Positions 9,689 through 19,839 of a stretch of 64,000 nt of DNA are shown here, piece by piece. The position numbers and the translations under genes are program-made. Numbering within the stretch: the stretch's first letter is position 1; every line of letters starts with the position of its first letter. Origin of the DNA: a virus (Duplodnaviria; Caudoviricetes); the IMG/VR virus record IMGVR_UViG_3300042013_000067, positions 64,001 through 128,000 of that record, one strand, 5' to 3'. A model generated the notes under the pieces. The model ran no database searches. It was not told the DNA's origin and saw only the letters and a list, made by a program, of their open reading frames with translations.

Positions 9689-10966
9689 ATGCGTCATCTG
9701 AAAGCACATATTGAACGCGTCAGTCAAGAAGACGCAAGCACCACTGATGTGGACCTGAAGGAACCGGCAGTAGGCTCGGAACCGGAAGAACTCAAAGAGA
9801 TCAATACTGACTGCTTGGTCGATCTCGATGCTCCTCCTAAGGCCGAAGTCAACGAACTGGAAGAGTGCAACGACATCAAGACCTCGCTGGAGCACTTCAG
9901 CGGTCTGCTCGACGATGCTAAGGCCCGTGGCGGTATGCGTCCTGCTGAAGCAGTGCTCATGCGCACCAGCCTCAAGCACTTTGCCAAACGCCTCGGTGTT
10001 GCGCAGAGCGAAGTTCCATCGATGGAAGACTTCGATGGTGATTGCACCCGCATGCAGGCCAACACCATCTCGCAAGAAGCGATCGTGGTCATCGACAAGG
10101 CACTCATCGACAAGATCGTTGAGTTGATCAAGAAGATGTTGGCCAAGGCGAAAGAGTTTATCGCTAAGCTGGACGTCCAGACCGTCAAGGTTGATCAGAT
10201 CCTGGGCAACATCAAAGCGCGTTATCGCAAGTGGAAGACCGGTGAGGTGACTTTCAAGTCGCGCTTTGGTTCCGTGATGCGCAGCGAAGACTTGACGCCA
10301 CAAGGACTGCGGGCACTCACCGAAGCCGCGAATTTCTCGACGAACTTGTTGTACCACTTCCAAGCTGCGGTACGGACCTCCACTCGCCTGAACGTCAATG
10401 TGCTGCTGGGCAGCGCCGGTGAAGAAGCCGACATTACGAAGTTCGAGAAAAACATTCGTGAGATCTGGGGTCCGCAACACAGTCCTTTCGTTCTGGCCCT
10501 GAATAGTGGTCGTACGGAAATCAACATCGGTTCGGCCACCCACGGCAAGCTGAAGAACGATACCCCGAACGGTCTGACTAACCAGTACTCGATGGAGTTC
10601 ATCACTGACTACGGTGATGGCACTACAGCTGAGGCTGAAGTCACTCTGACCAAATCCGAATTCAGCAACATGGTCAGCACCTGCAACACTCTTAATGAGA
10701 AGGTGAAGAAGAACACCGAGACGTACAAAGCCATCACCCAAGCGGTGGTTGAGCTGGGTCAGATGGCCCACATAGCCAAGAACCCTATGGTGATCAGCCG
10801 GATCAACACGGTGGCCTCGGAACTCAGCTACATGCACACCGTGGAGCTGGAGAACGTTGTGCGTAAGGTTGCCTATCTGCGCAACGCTCTTGGTGTATTC
10901 TTGCTGCTGGCCGGCAGTGAGTTCGACAAGGACGGTGAATCCGTCAACGTTGCGAACAACAAGTAA
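9689..10966 (+). CDS. Inner-head protein, tandem paralog of 8405-9640
   Basis: Starts MRHLKAHIERVSQEDA; RGGMRPAE; PSMEDF...ISQEAI; DKIVELIKKML helix. The N-terminal architecture matches the upstream gene. Confidence 0.8.
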   Translation: MRHLKAHIERVSQEDASTTDVDLKEPAVGSEPEELKEINTDCLVDLDAPPKAEVNELEECNDIKTSLEHFSGLLDDAKARGGMRPAEAVLMRTSLKHFAKRLGVAQSEVPSMEDFDGDCTRMQANTISQEAIVVIDKALIDKIVELIKKMLAKAKEFIAKLDVQTVKVDQILGNIKARYRKWKTGEVTFKSRFGSVMRSEDLTPQGLRALTEAANFSTNLLYHFQAAVRTSTRLNVNVLLGSAGEEADITKFEKNIREIWGPQHSPFVLALNSGRTEINIGSATHGKLKNDTPNGLTNQYSMEFITDYGDGTTAEAEVTLTKSEFSNMVSTCNTLNEKVKKNTETYKAITQAVVELGQMAHIAKNPMVISRINTVASELSYMHTVELENVVRKVAYLRNALGVFLLLAGSEFDKDGESVNVANNK

Positions 10967-10967
10967 C

Positions 10968-10999
10968 GACATAAAGGCGCCTACGGGCGCCTCTATGTT
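10968..10999. terminator. Conserved palindromic hairpin
   Basis: GACATAAAGGCGCC-TACG-GGCGCCTCTATGTT. Confidence 0.75.
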
Positions 11000-11020
11000 T
11001 GTCTGTGAATAGAGGTGTGT

Positions 11021-12256
11021 ATGTCCGAGATTTTGGGTGAAGCCAAAGACGAACAGTATGTCATGGATGGTGAAAGCGATATTGAGAAACTACATAATCG
11101 CTTAAACCCACCCGGCACACTGGCTCTCGCTAACCGTTTCTTTGGTGGCTTGAGTGAAGGCTACTACTCCGGTGAAGACGCTAACGGCATGACCGACGAA
11201 GAACTCGGTAACAATGCCAAGTACATTGCTGAGCTGTTGTCGATAGATGACGACAACGCTTTGAGCGTACTGCGTCTGGTTGATAGCGTAGAATCCTACG
11301 AAGAACATCCACGGTTGGATATGGATTTGTTCTCAACAGAGATCTCGCAAGAAGACCTAGCCGACAATAGCTTGAAAGCCTTGAAGACAATCTTTGGCTG
11401 GACTAAGTCTATCGCCAAGCAGGTCTTCAACGAAATGACCAACTACGAACTCGTGGCCCGCTATTTGGCGTTCCATGCTGAAAATATCCAGACGTTGTCT
11501 CGTGACCGTCGTCAATCGACGCAGTACAACAACCAACCTCTGGTGGTGAACACCCGTATTGTTAACCTCTCGATTCGCTATATGCCAGTAAAGGACGTAG
11601 CCGGTTTGTTGACAGCCATGCGTATCTTGTCCAACGTCACCAAAGACTACTTCAACTACAACGGTGATGATCTGCTGAGTGTGGCTGATCGGTTACCGAG
11701 CCTGATCCACGATGCCGAGGCACTGCAAGGGTCCTTGGTAAATGCATCCCCTGCGAAACTGTTCCGTACCACCAGCTTCTATCCGGGAAATGAACCCGAT
11801 ACTCATGTCACCGCTCACCTGTTGGGTTGTCACCGAGTGTCGATCAAGACCCAGTTCTCCACTGGCCTGCTGGATCAGCGCTTCACCGTGCGACTGGTGC
11901 CATCGGATATCTCTCCACGTCCGTTGCCAGACAAGATCGAGTTCAAACGCTTCACTGTCCAAGCCATGGACCAAGTCCTGCGGCAGGTAGTGGACTTGAC
12001 CGAGTTCCTGCAAGAGATCAACACACCAATGATCCGTCAACGTCGTATGGCGCGCATCGATCGGATCTCGGTGCTGTCTCAAAAGATCGCCAAGGATATC
12101 GAAGCAGGACAGTTTGATGCAGAGCGTCACCGTAAAGTGATCGCCCTAGTTAACCAATACAACGACTGGATCATCACTCCGTATAAGGAACTATATGGAT
12201 TGGTTTGTCGTAACGTCCGTGCAGTGCTCAACGTTTGTGAGCTCAACACACAGTAA
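11021..12256 (+). CDS. Inner-head protein with acidic propeptide
   Basis: ATG at 11021 after GAGG. Acidic N-terminus ending ISQED, then LKALKTIFGWTK. Confidence 0.7.
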   Translation: MSEILGEAKDEQYVMDGESDIEKLHNRLNPPGTLALANRFFGGLSEGYYSGEDANGMTDEELGNNAKYIAELLSIDDDNALSVLRLVDSVESYEEHPRLDMDLFSTEISQEDLADNSLKALKTIFGWTKSIAKQVFNEMTNYELVARYLAFHAENIQTLSRDRRQSTQYNNQPLVVNTRIVNLSIRYMPVKDVAGLLTAMRILSNVTKDYFNYNGDDLLSVADRLPSLIHDAEALQGSLVNASPAKLFRTTSFYPGNEPDTHVTAHLLGCHRVSIKTQFSTGLLDQRFTVRLVPSDISPRPLPDKIEFKRFTVQAMDQVLRQVVDLTEFLQEINTPMIRQRRMARIDRISVLSQKIAKDIEAGQFDAERHRKVIALVNQYNDWIITPYKELYGLVCRNVRAVLNVCELNTQ

Positions 12257-12359
12257 TTGTCGAATCATATAGGCTAAGTGCAGTCGCATTCAGTCATTCT
12301 TAACTGGCTAAGCTGATCCCCTAGCCAGCAACACTTCTGTACAGAAAAGGTTGAAGACC

Positions 12360-13745
12360 ATGAGCAAGCTGCAAAAATACATCGAACGCGTTTCGAACGA
12401 AGACGCCGAAGAACTCCTGCCTGAACTGCCACCAGAAGAGCAAGAGCAGGCTGCGATCATTCAGGAAGAAGAGCTGGACATTCCTGAGCCAGTGGCCGAA
12501 GTTACCCCTGAGCTGATCGAAGACGCCGAGGAAGAAGTCCTCGAAGCCGAAGCCGAAGTCGCTCCGATGCCAGAAGCCATCGAAGAAGTCAGCGAAATCG
12601 AAGCCGAAGTCGGCGACGAGATCGCCTCGATCGAAGAATACACCGCGATCTTGAAACACGGCCTGCGCACCAATACCTTCTCGCCTCAGTTCGCGGCCAA
12701 AGCCCAGGGCGAAATCAAACGTCTGTCCGATACCTTCGGTGACGAAAAGGTTGCTGTCTCGCTCGAAGACTTCAGCGGCGACAACCTGAAGGAATATTAC
12801 ACCGTGTCGCTGGAAACCTTCAGTGGTTTCGCCAAGCGTCTGTCGGACGTACTGTTCAACGCCACCAAATCCCTGGCCGACAAAATCAACACCAAGTGGG
12901 GCCACGACAACTACCTGAAGAAAGCTCAGGCGCTGAACCTGCGTGCTGACGCTGTCTTGTCGGGTTCCGCCAAAGGCGAACCTGTCACGGTCAAAGGCAA
13001 GGTTGTTGCTCGTCAGTTCCAGATCGGCGGTGAGTTCAACGGCAACCCGCTGGAATCCATGAACCGCGACATGCGTTTCCTGTCGGGCGAAGGTTCCAAA
13101 CTGGTCCGCTCGATCGACGTCTACCTGGGTAAAACCATGGACGTTATCGAATCCGCAGTCAAAGACGGTGGTGTTGGCAAAACCGGCGATATCGTGGCTA
13201 AGGTCCTGGACCTGAAGCGTCCAGCCGACGAGCTGTCCGAGCAAGCCTACAAGGGTGCAATGGCTGGCGGTCTGATCTTCGTGAAAGCGCAAGACAAGGC
13301 CAAAGAAGGCGACCGTCGTGCTGCCTACAAAGACATCACCCGTGGCGCTATCCCAGGCACCGGCAGTGTTGGCTTCAAAGGCGACGCTGCTGACGTTACC
13401 GTCGACAAGCCAACCGCTGACAAGCTGGCCAAGTCCGCCAAGGCGTACGTAGCTCTGGCTCTGAAAGTGGTTGAAGCCAACGGCCTGAAGTCCCTCCAGA
13501 CTTTCTACCGTCGTATCGAAACCCAGCAGCGCGCGGTGAGTTCGGCTAACGCCACTTCCTGGAGCGAGAACAAGGACCTGAACACTCTGGCCAGCAAACT
13601 GCTGGACATGGGTCAACAGCAGTTTGCTGTTTACTACACCCTGCTGAACACTGCGTTCTCGAACGCAGAGCACGCCATTGCTCTGGCCGAGAAAGCCGTG
13701 ACCAAAGGCGAAAGCAAAGCTGCCGCCCCTGCTGCTGCCGAGTAA
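12360..13745 (+). CDS. Abundant inner-head protein with long acidic propeptide (phiKZ gp97-like position)
   Basis: Starts MSKLQKYIERVSNEDA; very Glu-rich region to ASIEEY; VSLEDF and VSLETF sites. Codon bias as strong as the capsid gene. Confidence 0.8.
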   Translation: MSKLQKYIERVSNEDAEELLPELPPEEQEQAAIIQEEELDIPEPVAEVTPELIEDAEEEVLEAEAEVAPMPEAIEEVSEIEAEVGDEIASIEEYTAILKHGLRTNTFSPQFAAKAQGEIKRLSDTFGDEKVAVSLEDFSGDNLKEYYTVSLETFSGFAKRLSDVLFNATKSLADKINTKWGHDNYLKKAQALNLRADAVLSGSAKGEPVTVKGKVVARQFQIGGEFNGNPLESMNRDMRFLSGEGSKLVRSIDVYLGKTMDVIESAVKDGGVGKTGDIVAKVLDLKRPADELSEQAYKGAMAGGLIFVKAQDKAKEGDRRAAYKDITRGAIPGTGSVGFKGDAADVTVDKPTADKLAKSAKAYVALALKVVEANGLKSLQTFYRRIETQQRAVSSANATSWSENKDLNTLASKLLDMGQQQFAVYYTLLNTAFSNAEHAIALAEKAVTKGESKAAAPAAAE

Positions 13746-13762
13746 TCGGTAAACGCAGAAAA

Positions 13763-13793
13763 CATAAAGGAGCCTTCGGGCTCCTTTATGCCG
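13763..13793. terminator. Conserved palindromic hairpin (perfect)
   Basis: CATAAAGGAGCC-TTCG-GGCTCCTTTATG-CCG. Confidence 0.85.
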
Positions 13794-13836
13794 TCTTGAC
13801 CAGATCTTATAGACAGACTTTGAACGAGGACCCATC

Positions 13837-15519
13837 ATGCCAAAAGGTCTTATCCCCATCGCTGCTTCCCACATCTCGGTGGGTCGTCGTGTTGCAGTGA
13901 ACATCATCCAGCATTTAACTGAGTTGATGGGCCTGCCTGAAACCACTCAGGTGTTCCTGCCTGGACAAACCCAAGCGATCCCTCTGAACAATGCCGAGTT
14001 CGGTAACTGTTGCTCCACGAGCCATACGTTCCCAGGCGATAGCCGTATGACGGTTACGGTGATTGAAGAGGCAGAGGAAGACCATGCCTTACCTACTTCA
14101 GTGATCGATAAACAAAACCGTCCGATCATCGAAGACAAGATCCATAACGTCGCCGTATACCCAACTTACCGCTATGTAAAGATGACTTGCAACATCGAGT
14201 TCGTGGCGGCTAGTTCGACACAGGCGGCTCGTTGGCTCGATGACATGCGCGCGATGTTCTCCGCAGGGCGCACTGAGAACATCCATGACCTCGAATACTA
14301 CTATCAACTACCCGATGGCTTGACCTTTGTATTAAAGGCCTGCCATGACGCTCTGATGAAGTCTCCGTGGCCCATCACTGAAACGTTCGAAGACTGGGTG
14401 GTGGGTAAGCTGGTTAATGGGGCGTACCCTAAAGACCTGACGACGCTGATCGGTACACACCACACCTTGGCGATTGCTGAACACCAGTATGAAGTCTTGG
14501 GTTGGTTCGATTGGACCACTACACCAGAAACCCCGGAGCGTTCTTCGGATGGTTCGGGTAGCTACACGGTAAACCTGAATTACCAGATTGGTTATGGCCG
14601 TCCTACCCACGTCTTTATCGAATACCCATTCATCCTCAATCAGTTCCCGATCGCCAAGAAGTTCCGTCACACGGAACCGTACTGGTTCTATCGGGATCGT
14701 AAGCGCAAGGTCAGTATCACCAAAGAAGCCTTCGATGAATTCCGGTTCATCCAAGATAACGCCGGTGCAGTACCTTACGTGCATTACCCTAACACCAACG
14801 ATTGGTATCCACCACCCGATCAGAAGCTCGGCTATGCGCTGCCTCTCTTTACTGGGTTGGTGATGCTCAGTGCTGATGACCAACAGACCTTGATGGATCT
14901 GTCGGAGCTGGGGACATGCCGGTTCACCCCGCATTTCCTTGAGTACTTCTTCGCTCAGGGTAATGATGCTCTCGATGGTCTTAACGCGGTGTTCGAGTTC
15001 CGACTGTGGAAAAACAATGAACTCCTGCGGGGGGCTAAACTCCAGTTCAAGCCGGGTACGCTAAAGATCCAGTCGGTTAAACCTTTGGACCCGCAGTTCA
15101 TGTACCACGTTCAGATCTGCATTAAGCGCAATTGGGCATTGGTGAAGCCATCTGTGGTGACCTGCCTGCGCAATTGGCCTACAGTGGCCTTCACGCTGCT
15201 CAAGGTGCTCGGTGTACGTTTGGGTGGGGCTACCCTACTGTCTGAGCTGCAGCTCATCGCAGCGAACGCTCCAAGGCTTAATGCGGCTCCTTGCCGGGGT
15301 GAGGGTTATTTGTTGCCTGAAACCACCCCACCTGAGGTTAAGTGGGGTCTGCATCCAGACGACGTGTTCATTAAGAACGGTGTCGTTCGAGCCAGTGAGC
15401 TGGAACAAGCGGTGAAGGACACAGACACCATTGCCGAGAATTACATTAACTACAACACCATCGGTCCGCTGACGGTGATGTTCTTCGATATCTTGACCTT
15501 CCGTAATCCTAGCAAGTAG
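13837..15519 (+). CDS. Virion structural protein, possibly tail terminator/neck (phiKZ gp98 position)
   Basis: 560 aa. YPTYRYVKMTCNIEF...QAARWLD resembles tail-completion folds. Synteny supports a structural role. Confidence 0.55.
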   Translation: MPKGLIPIAASHISVGRRVAVNIIQHLTELMGLPETTQVFLPGQTQAIPLNNAEFGNCCSTSHTFPGDSRMTVTVIEEAEEDHALPTSVIDKQNRPIIEDKIHNVAVYPTYRYVKMTCNIEFVAASSTQAARWLDDMRAMFSAGRTENIHDLEYYYQLPDGLTFVLKACHDALMKSPWPITETFEDWVVGKLVNGAYPKDLTTLIGTHHTLAIAEHQYEVLGWFDWTTTPETPERSSDGSGSYTVNLNYQIGYGRPTHVFIEYPFILNQFPIAKKFRHTEPYWFYRDRKRKVSITKEAFDEFRFIQDNAGAVPYVHYPNTNDWYPPPDQKLGYALPLFTGLVMLSADDQQTLMDLSELGTCRFTPHFLEYFFAQGNDALDGLNAVFEFRLWKNNELLRGAKLQFKPGTLKIQSVKPLDPQFMYHVQICIKRNWALVKPSVVTCLRNWPTVAFTLLKVLGVRLGGATLLSELQLIAANAPRLNAAPCRGEGYLLPETTPPEVKWGLHPDDVFIKNGVVRASELEQAVKDTDTIAENYINYNTIGPLTVMFFDILTFRNPSK

Positions 15520-15527
15520 GTGCTCCC

Positions 15528-16934
15528 ATGACTGGTCTTTTCCGTGAGATGGAACCGGATGAACTGCCGACGCCCCCGGCGCCGGTTAAGGTTCACATTG
15601 AACCGAGGAACTATTCGGGTATCACGATTGATACCGAGTATGTTCCTTCTTCTGCGATTCTGGTGTGGGCTGAAGGCTCCACTTGGAACGTGGATTACTA
15701 TTCACAAGTGTTGGGTACCTCGGTCGAACCTAAGCCGTTGGACCTGCACCTGTCTCCCATCGAACAACAATACCGGCTGCTGCGCAAGATCCCACTGAAG
15801 GTAACTGAAGCACTGACGTGGTCGGTGCAAGACCCTCAGACCAATGTACGGGTTGGTACGGGTGGTGGTTACACTTACCCATTCCTGACGGCTAACGTCG
15901 GCGACATGTTTGTGGCTAACATCGGTGACGGGCAAGTGGGTTTGTTTACCATCACGTCCTCGACACCAGCGACCATCCTGCGTGACTCGGTTTACAAGGT
16001 CGAGTGGATCTGCGTGGGCATGGCCGAAGCGCAGTACATGGAGAACTTGGCTGCCAAGATCATCCAGACGCTGTACTTCTCGATGTCGTCGCTGTCCCGT
16101 GGCTGCGGTCCATTCGTGACTACCGAACAAGCGGCCAAGATTGAGGACTACTCGGCGATCTTGGAAGAACTCATTCGTCGTTACATGACGGACTTCTTGT
16201 CACTGGAACACAACACCTTGTTGGTGCCTGACCAGACCCGCAAAACGTACGATCATTTCGTGACTCGCATCATCTTGAAGATGTTGACTCCACATGACGA
16301 CATGCGTATCCGTAAGGTGCGTGAGCAAAACGTCATGGGTGATCAAGTCATGAAACAACCTACGTTCTGGGACGCGGTGTTGCGCGCTGACCCGGTACAG
16401 CTGTATGGCGGTACTGAGCGTGTACATGTTGTGTCCACCAATAACTTCCGTGGATCACCTCTGCTGCAAGCGATTGGCTTCACCGGGATTCCCTGCATTG
16501 TTTACCCGCAGGAAGTACCGACTGACGTTGATGCGCAGTATGATGGTGAAGACACCCATCGCCCGCTCGGTATTGCTTTTAAGGAAGGCCGTCCACGCCG
16601 TCCTGAGTTGGGTGAGTTCCGTTCTCAAGCCGAACGTAACCTACCCTTCTTCCAGAGCATCCCTGATGACGTGGAAGACATCCCGGTCTGGAAACGTCCA
16701 GCCGATATCCATCCGGTGGTAATCGACGACTACTACGTACTGTCCGAAGGCTTCTATAAACAGTTGCCAGGGCAGTCGAAGCTTGAGTTGTTGACCCGTC
16801 AGTTCTTGAACCATGAAACGCCACACGCGGAGCAGTTCGATGATCTCCTGACTCGTATCTACGATTGGGATAACCTCGAACGGTTTTATTACTATCCGCT
16901 GGTGATTGCGATTCTGAAAACCATGTTGAGGTAA
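15528..16934 (+). CDS. Virion structural protein, possibly head completion/neck (phiKZ gp99 position)
   Basis: 468 aa. YPFLTANVGDMFVANIGDG..GLFTITS motif is conserved in phiKZ-like neck-region proteins. Confidence 0.6.
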   Translation: MTGLFREMEPDELPTPPAPVKVHIEPRNYSGITIDTEYVPSSAILVWAEGSTWNVDYYSQVLGTSVEPKPLDLHLSPIEQQYRLLRKIPLKVTEALTWSVQDPQTNVRVGTGGGYTYPFLTANVGDMFVANIGDGQVGLFTITSSTPATILRDSVYKVEWICVGMAEAQYMENLAAKIIQTLYFSMSSLSRGCGPFVTTEQAAKIEDYSAILEELIRRYMTDFLSLEHNTLLVPDQTRKTYDHFVTRIILKMLTPHDDMRIRKVREQNVMGDQVMKQPTFWDAVLRADPVQLYGGTERVHVVSTNNFRGSPLLQAIGFTGIPCIVYPQEVPTDVDAQYDGEDTHRPLGIAFKEGRPRRPELGEFRSQAERNLPFFQSIPDDVEDIPVWKRPADIHPVVIDDYYVLSEGFYKQLPGQSKLELLTRQFLNHETPHAEQFDDLLTRIYDWDNLERFYYYPLVIAILKTMLR

Positions 16935-16937
16935 GTC

Positions 16938-17495
16938 ATGTACGCCCCAGAGGTCAGTGCAGCAAACCATCTCTTCAACCAGCGCTACCAAGTTGTGATT
17001 CCTCGCAGCTTCATGTTCGGTGAAGAATACATCCGTAAGGTCGGCTACGGTTCTACTAACGATCCTCATGTGGATCGGATGCAGGCGAGCAGCCTTGTGA
17101 ATGTGCAGCAGACAATTGCAGGGTTGGCTTACCTGTTTTGTCAAGGTGCTGAACCTCTGCTGGCGGACGAGACAGAATGCGTCCCTATCTACAAGGCAAT
17201 CGTTAAACACTTAAGCGATTGGCGGGATTTCTCCTACCAAGGACTGAACCCTGATTATTGCCCACCGATGATTGACTTCCATGCGTTTGAACGACTGGCG
17301 GTCTATTATCACTATCGGGTGCAAGAACTCGAACCCGTGGCGCAGTCCAACAGTAAACTGCGTGACGCGGTACTTAACATGAACCGTGGTGGCATGCGTT
17401 CAGTGAACCGTGCGGCTACGTCCCAAGACGAACCCCATATCAAGCCCTTCGTCTCGATTGCCGATGACATCGAGAGAAACCTCTACGGAGACTAA
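16938..17495 (+). CDS. Conserved hypothetical protein (phiKZ gp100 position)
   Basis: 185 aa ORF inside the structural operon. Confidence 0.7.
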   Translation: MYAPEVSAANHLFNQRYQVVIPRSFMFGEEYIRKVGYGSTNDPHVDRMQASSLVNVQQTIAGLAYLFCQGAEPLLADETECVPIYKAIVKHLSDWRDFSYQGLNPDYCPPMIDFHAFERLAVYYHYRVQELEPVAQSNSKLRDAVLNMNRGGMRSVNRAATSQDEPHIKPFVSIADDIERNLYGD

Positions 17496-17497
17496 TC

Positions 17498-18862
17498 GTG
17501 TCTACTGACAATACGTTGATCAACACGGAGATGACAGAAGTGCGTGCCAGTGGTCTGGGTGCGCATTACTACATCAAAGTGCAGCTACTGGTAAACAAGC
17601 AGTGGCTGAAACCCATTAAGCTGGATCTGTATTCAGTGGACCGGGACTATGAGTCTGGTTACGCGGATATCCGCGTGCTGAGCTTCATGATGCTGTTGGG
17701 TGTATACACCTTCGATGTACTGCCCTATCGTAATGACATTGCGGTGGATGTCACTTACGTACCGGTTGGTGAAACAGGTGCGGGGCAGGTGTCTACCCAG
17801 CGTAGTTTCACTCGGCGTTACAAAGGTTTCTTGATGGATCCATCGGATGCCTCGATGACCACCAACGTTAGTAACCAAGGCACTAAGCAGGCTTTGGACA
17901 ACCAGATGCCCAAGCAAGTGGAGATGCAACTGGTCGAAGAATACGTCTACGACATGCAAATGCGGTCGGTAGGCACCAAGTTCCGCAATATGACGCCCTA
18001 TGACGCTCTCCTGACCATTTTAAACCGTTCTACGGCCTACATGGAAGGGAAAGACGAGAAACGCATTCTAGGGGTCCATCCGGTCGGTACACCCAATACT
18101 GAGAAACGCACCCAGATCACCATTCCACACGGCAAGAAGATTGGGGAAGCGGCGAGCATCCTGCAAAACGATGAGGGTGGGGTGTTCTCAGCAGGACTAG
18201 GTTGCTACCTGCAAGATCAGTATTGGTTTGTCTATCCGCTGTACGACACCAACCATGCTTCGAAGAAGACCCGTACTGTCACGATCTACTGTGTCCCCAC
18301 TGACCGTTACGACGGGACTGAGCGGACCTATCGGCAAACCGATAACCGTTTGATCATCCTAGCTTCTGGTGATGCTGCATCGCTCAGCTTGTCTGATAAC
18401 TCCCACGTACAGTCCGGTAACGGCTTGCGCTTCTTGGACGCCCGTAAGCTGTTGAATGGGTTTGCTACCAACAACGGCAATCGGATGTTGATCGATAAAG
18501 CCACGAACGTATTTGAGATAGCGGCTAAAAATATCACTGAAGGCATTAACAATATACAGTGGTCCGGCAAGTCCATCAGCTCGAACCCTTTTGTTCACTA
18601 CAGTGCGATTGCACGTATGAACGGGCGCATCCAAACTGTGGAGTGGCGACACGGGGACGGGGACCTGCTACGGCCTGGGGATCTGGTAGAGTTCTATTCT
18701 ATCGCCCAAGGCAAGATCAACAAGTTCAAAGGGGTATTGTTGGGTACGCGTGAACAACGCAACGCAGCAGAACCCGGTATGGTCGTCACCCGCCATCACG
18801 GGGTGGTGAGCTTGAAACTGTTTATTGAAACTCCAACTACCGAAACTACCGCGGGGGCATAA
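17498..18862 (+). CDS. Virion structural protein, possible baseplate hub (phiKZ gp101 position)
   Basis: 454 aa, GTG start, beta-rich. GVFSAGLGCYLQDQYWFVYPLYD motif; C-terminal LLRPGDLVEF. Confidence 0.6.
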   Translation: MSTDNTLINTEMTEVRASGLGAHYYIKVQLLVNKQWLKPIKLDLYSVDRDYESGYADIRVLSFMMLLGVYTFDVLPYRNDIAVDVTYVPVGETGAGQVSTQRSFTRRYKGFLMDPSDASMTTNVSNQGTKQALDNQMPKQVEMQLVEEYVYDMQMRSVGTKFRNMTPYDALLTILNRSTAYMEGKDEKRILGVHPVGTPNTEKRTQITIPHGKKIGEAASILQNDEGGVFSAGLGCYLQDQYWFVYPLYDTNHASKKTRTVTIYCVPTDRYDGTERTYRQTDNRLIILASGDAASLSLSDNSHVQSGNGLRFLDARKLLNGFATNNGNRMLIDKATNVFEIAAKNITEGINNIQWSGKSISSNPFVHYSAIARMNGRIQTVEWRHGDGDLLRPGDLVEFYSIAQGKINKFKGVLLGTREQRNAAEPGMVVTRHHGVVSLKLFIETPTTETTAGA

Positions 18863-18896
18863 AGCCCCCTGTGGTACCTCTGGACTTTTTATGCCC
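18855..18896. repeat. Degenerate copy of the palindrome family, overlapping a stop and a start codon
   Basis: GGGCATAAAG...CTTTTTATGCCC. Its TAA ends the upstream gene and its ATG starts the next. Confidence 0.55.
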
Positions 18897-19295
18897 GATC
18901 CCAGAAGTATGTTCATTAAAGTTGATCCGGTGTGGTCTTACACTTACGCTGGTACCGCTAAAGATTTCCTCGAACTAGACTCGTACATACTGGCCAATCT
19001 GTATCGGGTGGCCTGTGAGTACGTGGTGATACGCCACAATTTTATCTCGGGGCATATCGACAACAACCGCTTCACCACCATCGTCGGGGCTATATTCCGC
19101 GACTACGAACACGACACTACTCTGCATGGTGTAATAAAGTACTATGCTGAGGATCTATATAGGCGTGTCCGTCCAGTGCTGGACGTTCACCGGAACATGC
19201 TGCAAAAGATCCTGTTTAACAATGACGATCGTGGCGAGGTCAATGGCCTAATCTTCGAATACGTCGTTTGGCCTCAGTCGACTTCATTGCATTAA
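18891..19295 (+). CDS. Hypothetical protein
   Basis: Start moved to ATG 18891 (MPDPRSMF) to avoid overlap with the upstream gene and hairpin. 134 aa. Confidence 0.6.
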   Translation: MPDPRSMFIKVDPVWSYTYAGTAKDFLELDSYILANLYRVACEYVVIRHNFISGHIDNNRFTTIVGAIFRDYEHDTTLHGVIKYYAEDLYRRVRPVLDVHRNMLQKILFNNDDRGEVNGLIFEYVVWPQSTSLH

Positions 19296-19298
19296 GTT

Positions 19299-19313
19299 TG
19301 AGAACTATATAGT
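19299..19313 (+). promoter_or_regulatory. Putative early (virion RNAP) promoter, copy 1
   Basis: TGAGAACTATATAGT, identical to the copy at 19765, lying directly upstream of an SD and ORF. Resembles the AT-rich TATATTAC-type phiKZ early promoter. Confidence 0.65.
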
Positions 19314-19342
19314 GCTGTTGATGTACAACTGGAGTAACACTA

Positions 19343-19720
19343 ATGGGTAAGCTCGGAGGTGGTGCGTTTGTGTTTCTTGTAATCATCGGCTTAATGGTCG
19401 CTGGTGGTCACATGATCCTCAACGGTATCAAACGGTTCTTCAATCGCAGTAAGCGGGCAGCATCTGTTTATGACAAGATGAACCTGCTGATGACTCAGCT
19501 TAAACAAGAGGGTTTCTTTGAACCCTCAGCTGAACCTGAAATGATTCATAACCGTGCTGTATCTGAAGCACTCTCAGAATCCTCGAAAGAGGAGGGTTTC
19601 TTCTGGGGCATCAGTAAACGTAACATCTTCATTAAAGAGAACCCCTATGAAGATCGCTACGACACGATACTGGTGTATGGCAATAAAAGCATTGGGTTCA
19701 ATTGGCGAGGGCAGCTGTAA
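19343..19720 (+). CDS. Hypothetical membrane-anchored protein
   Basis: 125 aa with N-terminal hydrophobic segment GAFVFLVIIGLMVAGG. SD GGAG. Confidence 0.75.
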   Translation: MGKLGGGAFVFLVIIGLMVAGGHMILNGIKRFFNRSKRAASVYDKMNLLMTQLKQEGFFEPSAEPEMIHNRAVSEALSESSKEEGFFWGISKRNIFIKENPYEDRYDTILVYGNKSIGFNWRGQL

Positions 19721-19736
19721 AGCTGCCTTTATGCCG
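19708..19736 (+). terminator. Hairpin with the family right arm
   Basis: GGCAGCT-GTAA-AGCTGCC followed by TTTATGCCG. Confidence 0.6.
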
Positions 19737-19764
19737 TAGACGAAGAACTTGATTGAAATAAAAG

Positions 19765-19779
19765 TGAGAACTATATAGT
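19765..19779 (+). promoter_or_regulatory. Putative early promoter, copy 2
   Basis: TGAGAACTATATAGT preceded by AT-rich GAAATAAAAG. Confidence 0.65.
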
Positions 19780-19839
19780 CTTGGTGAATTAGGAGCAATG
19801 TAGCCCTAATCATCTTCCCCTTTTCAGGAGTAACATCTA

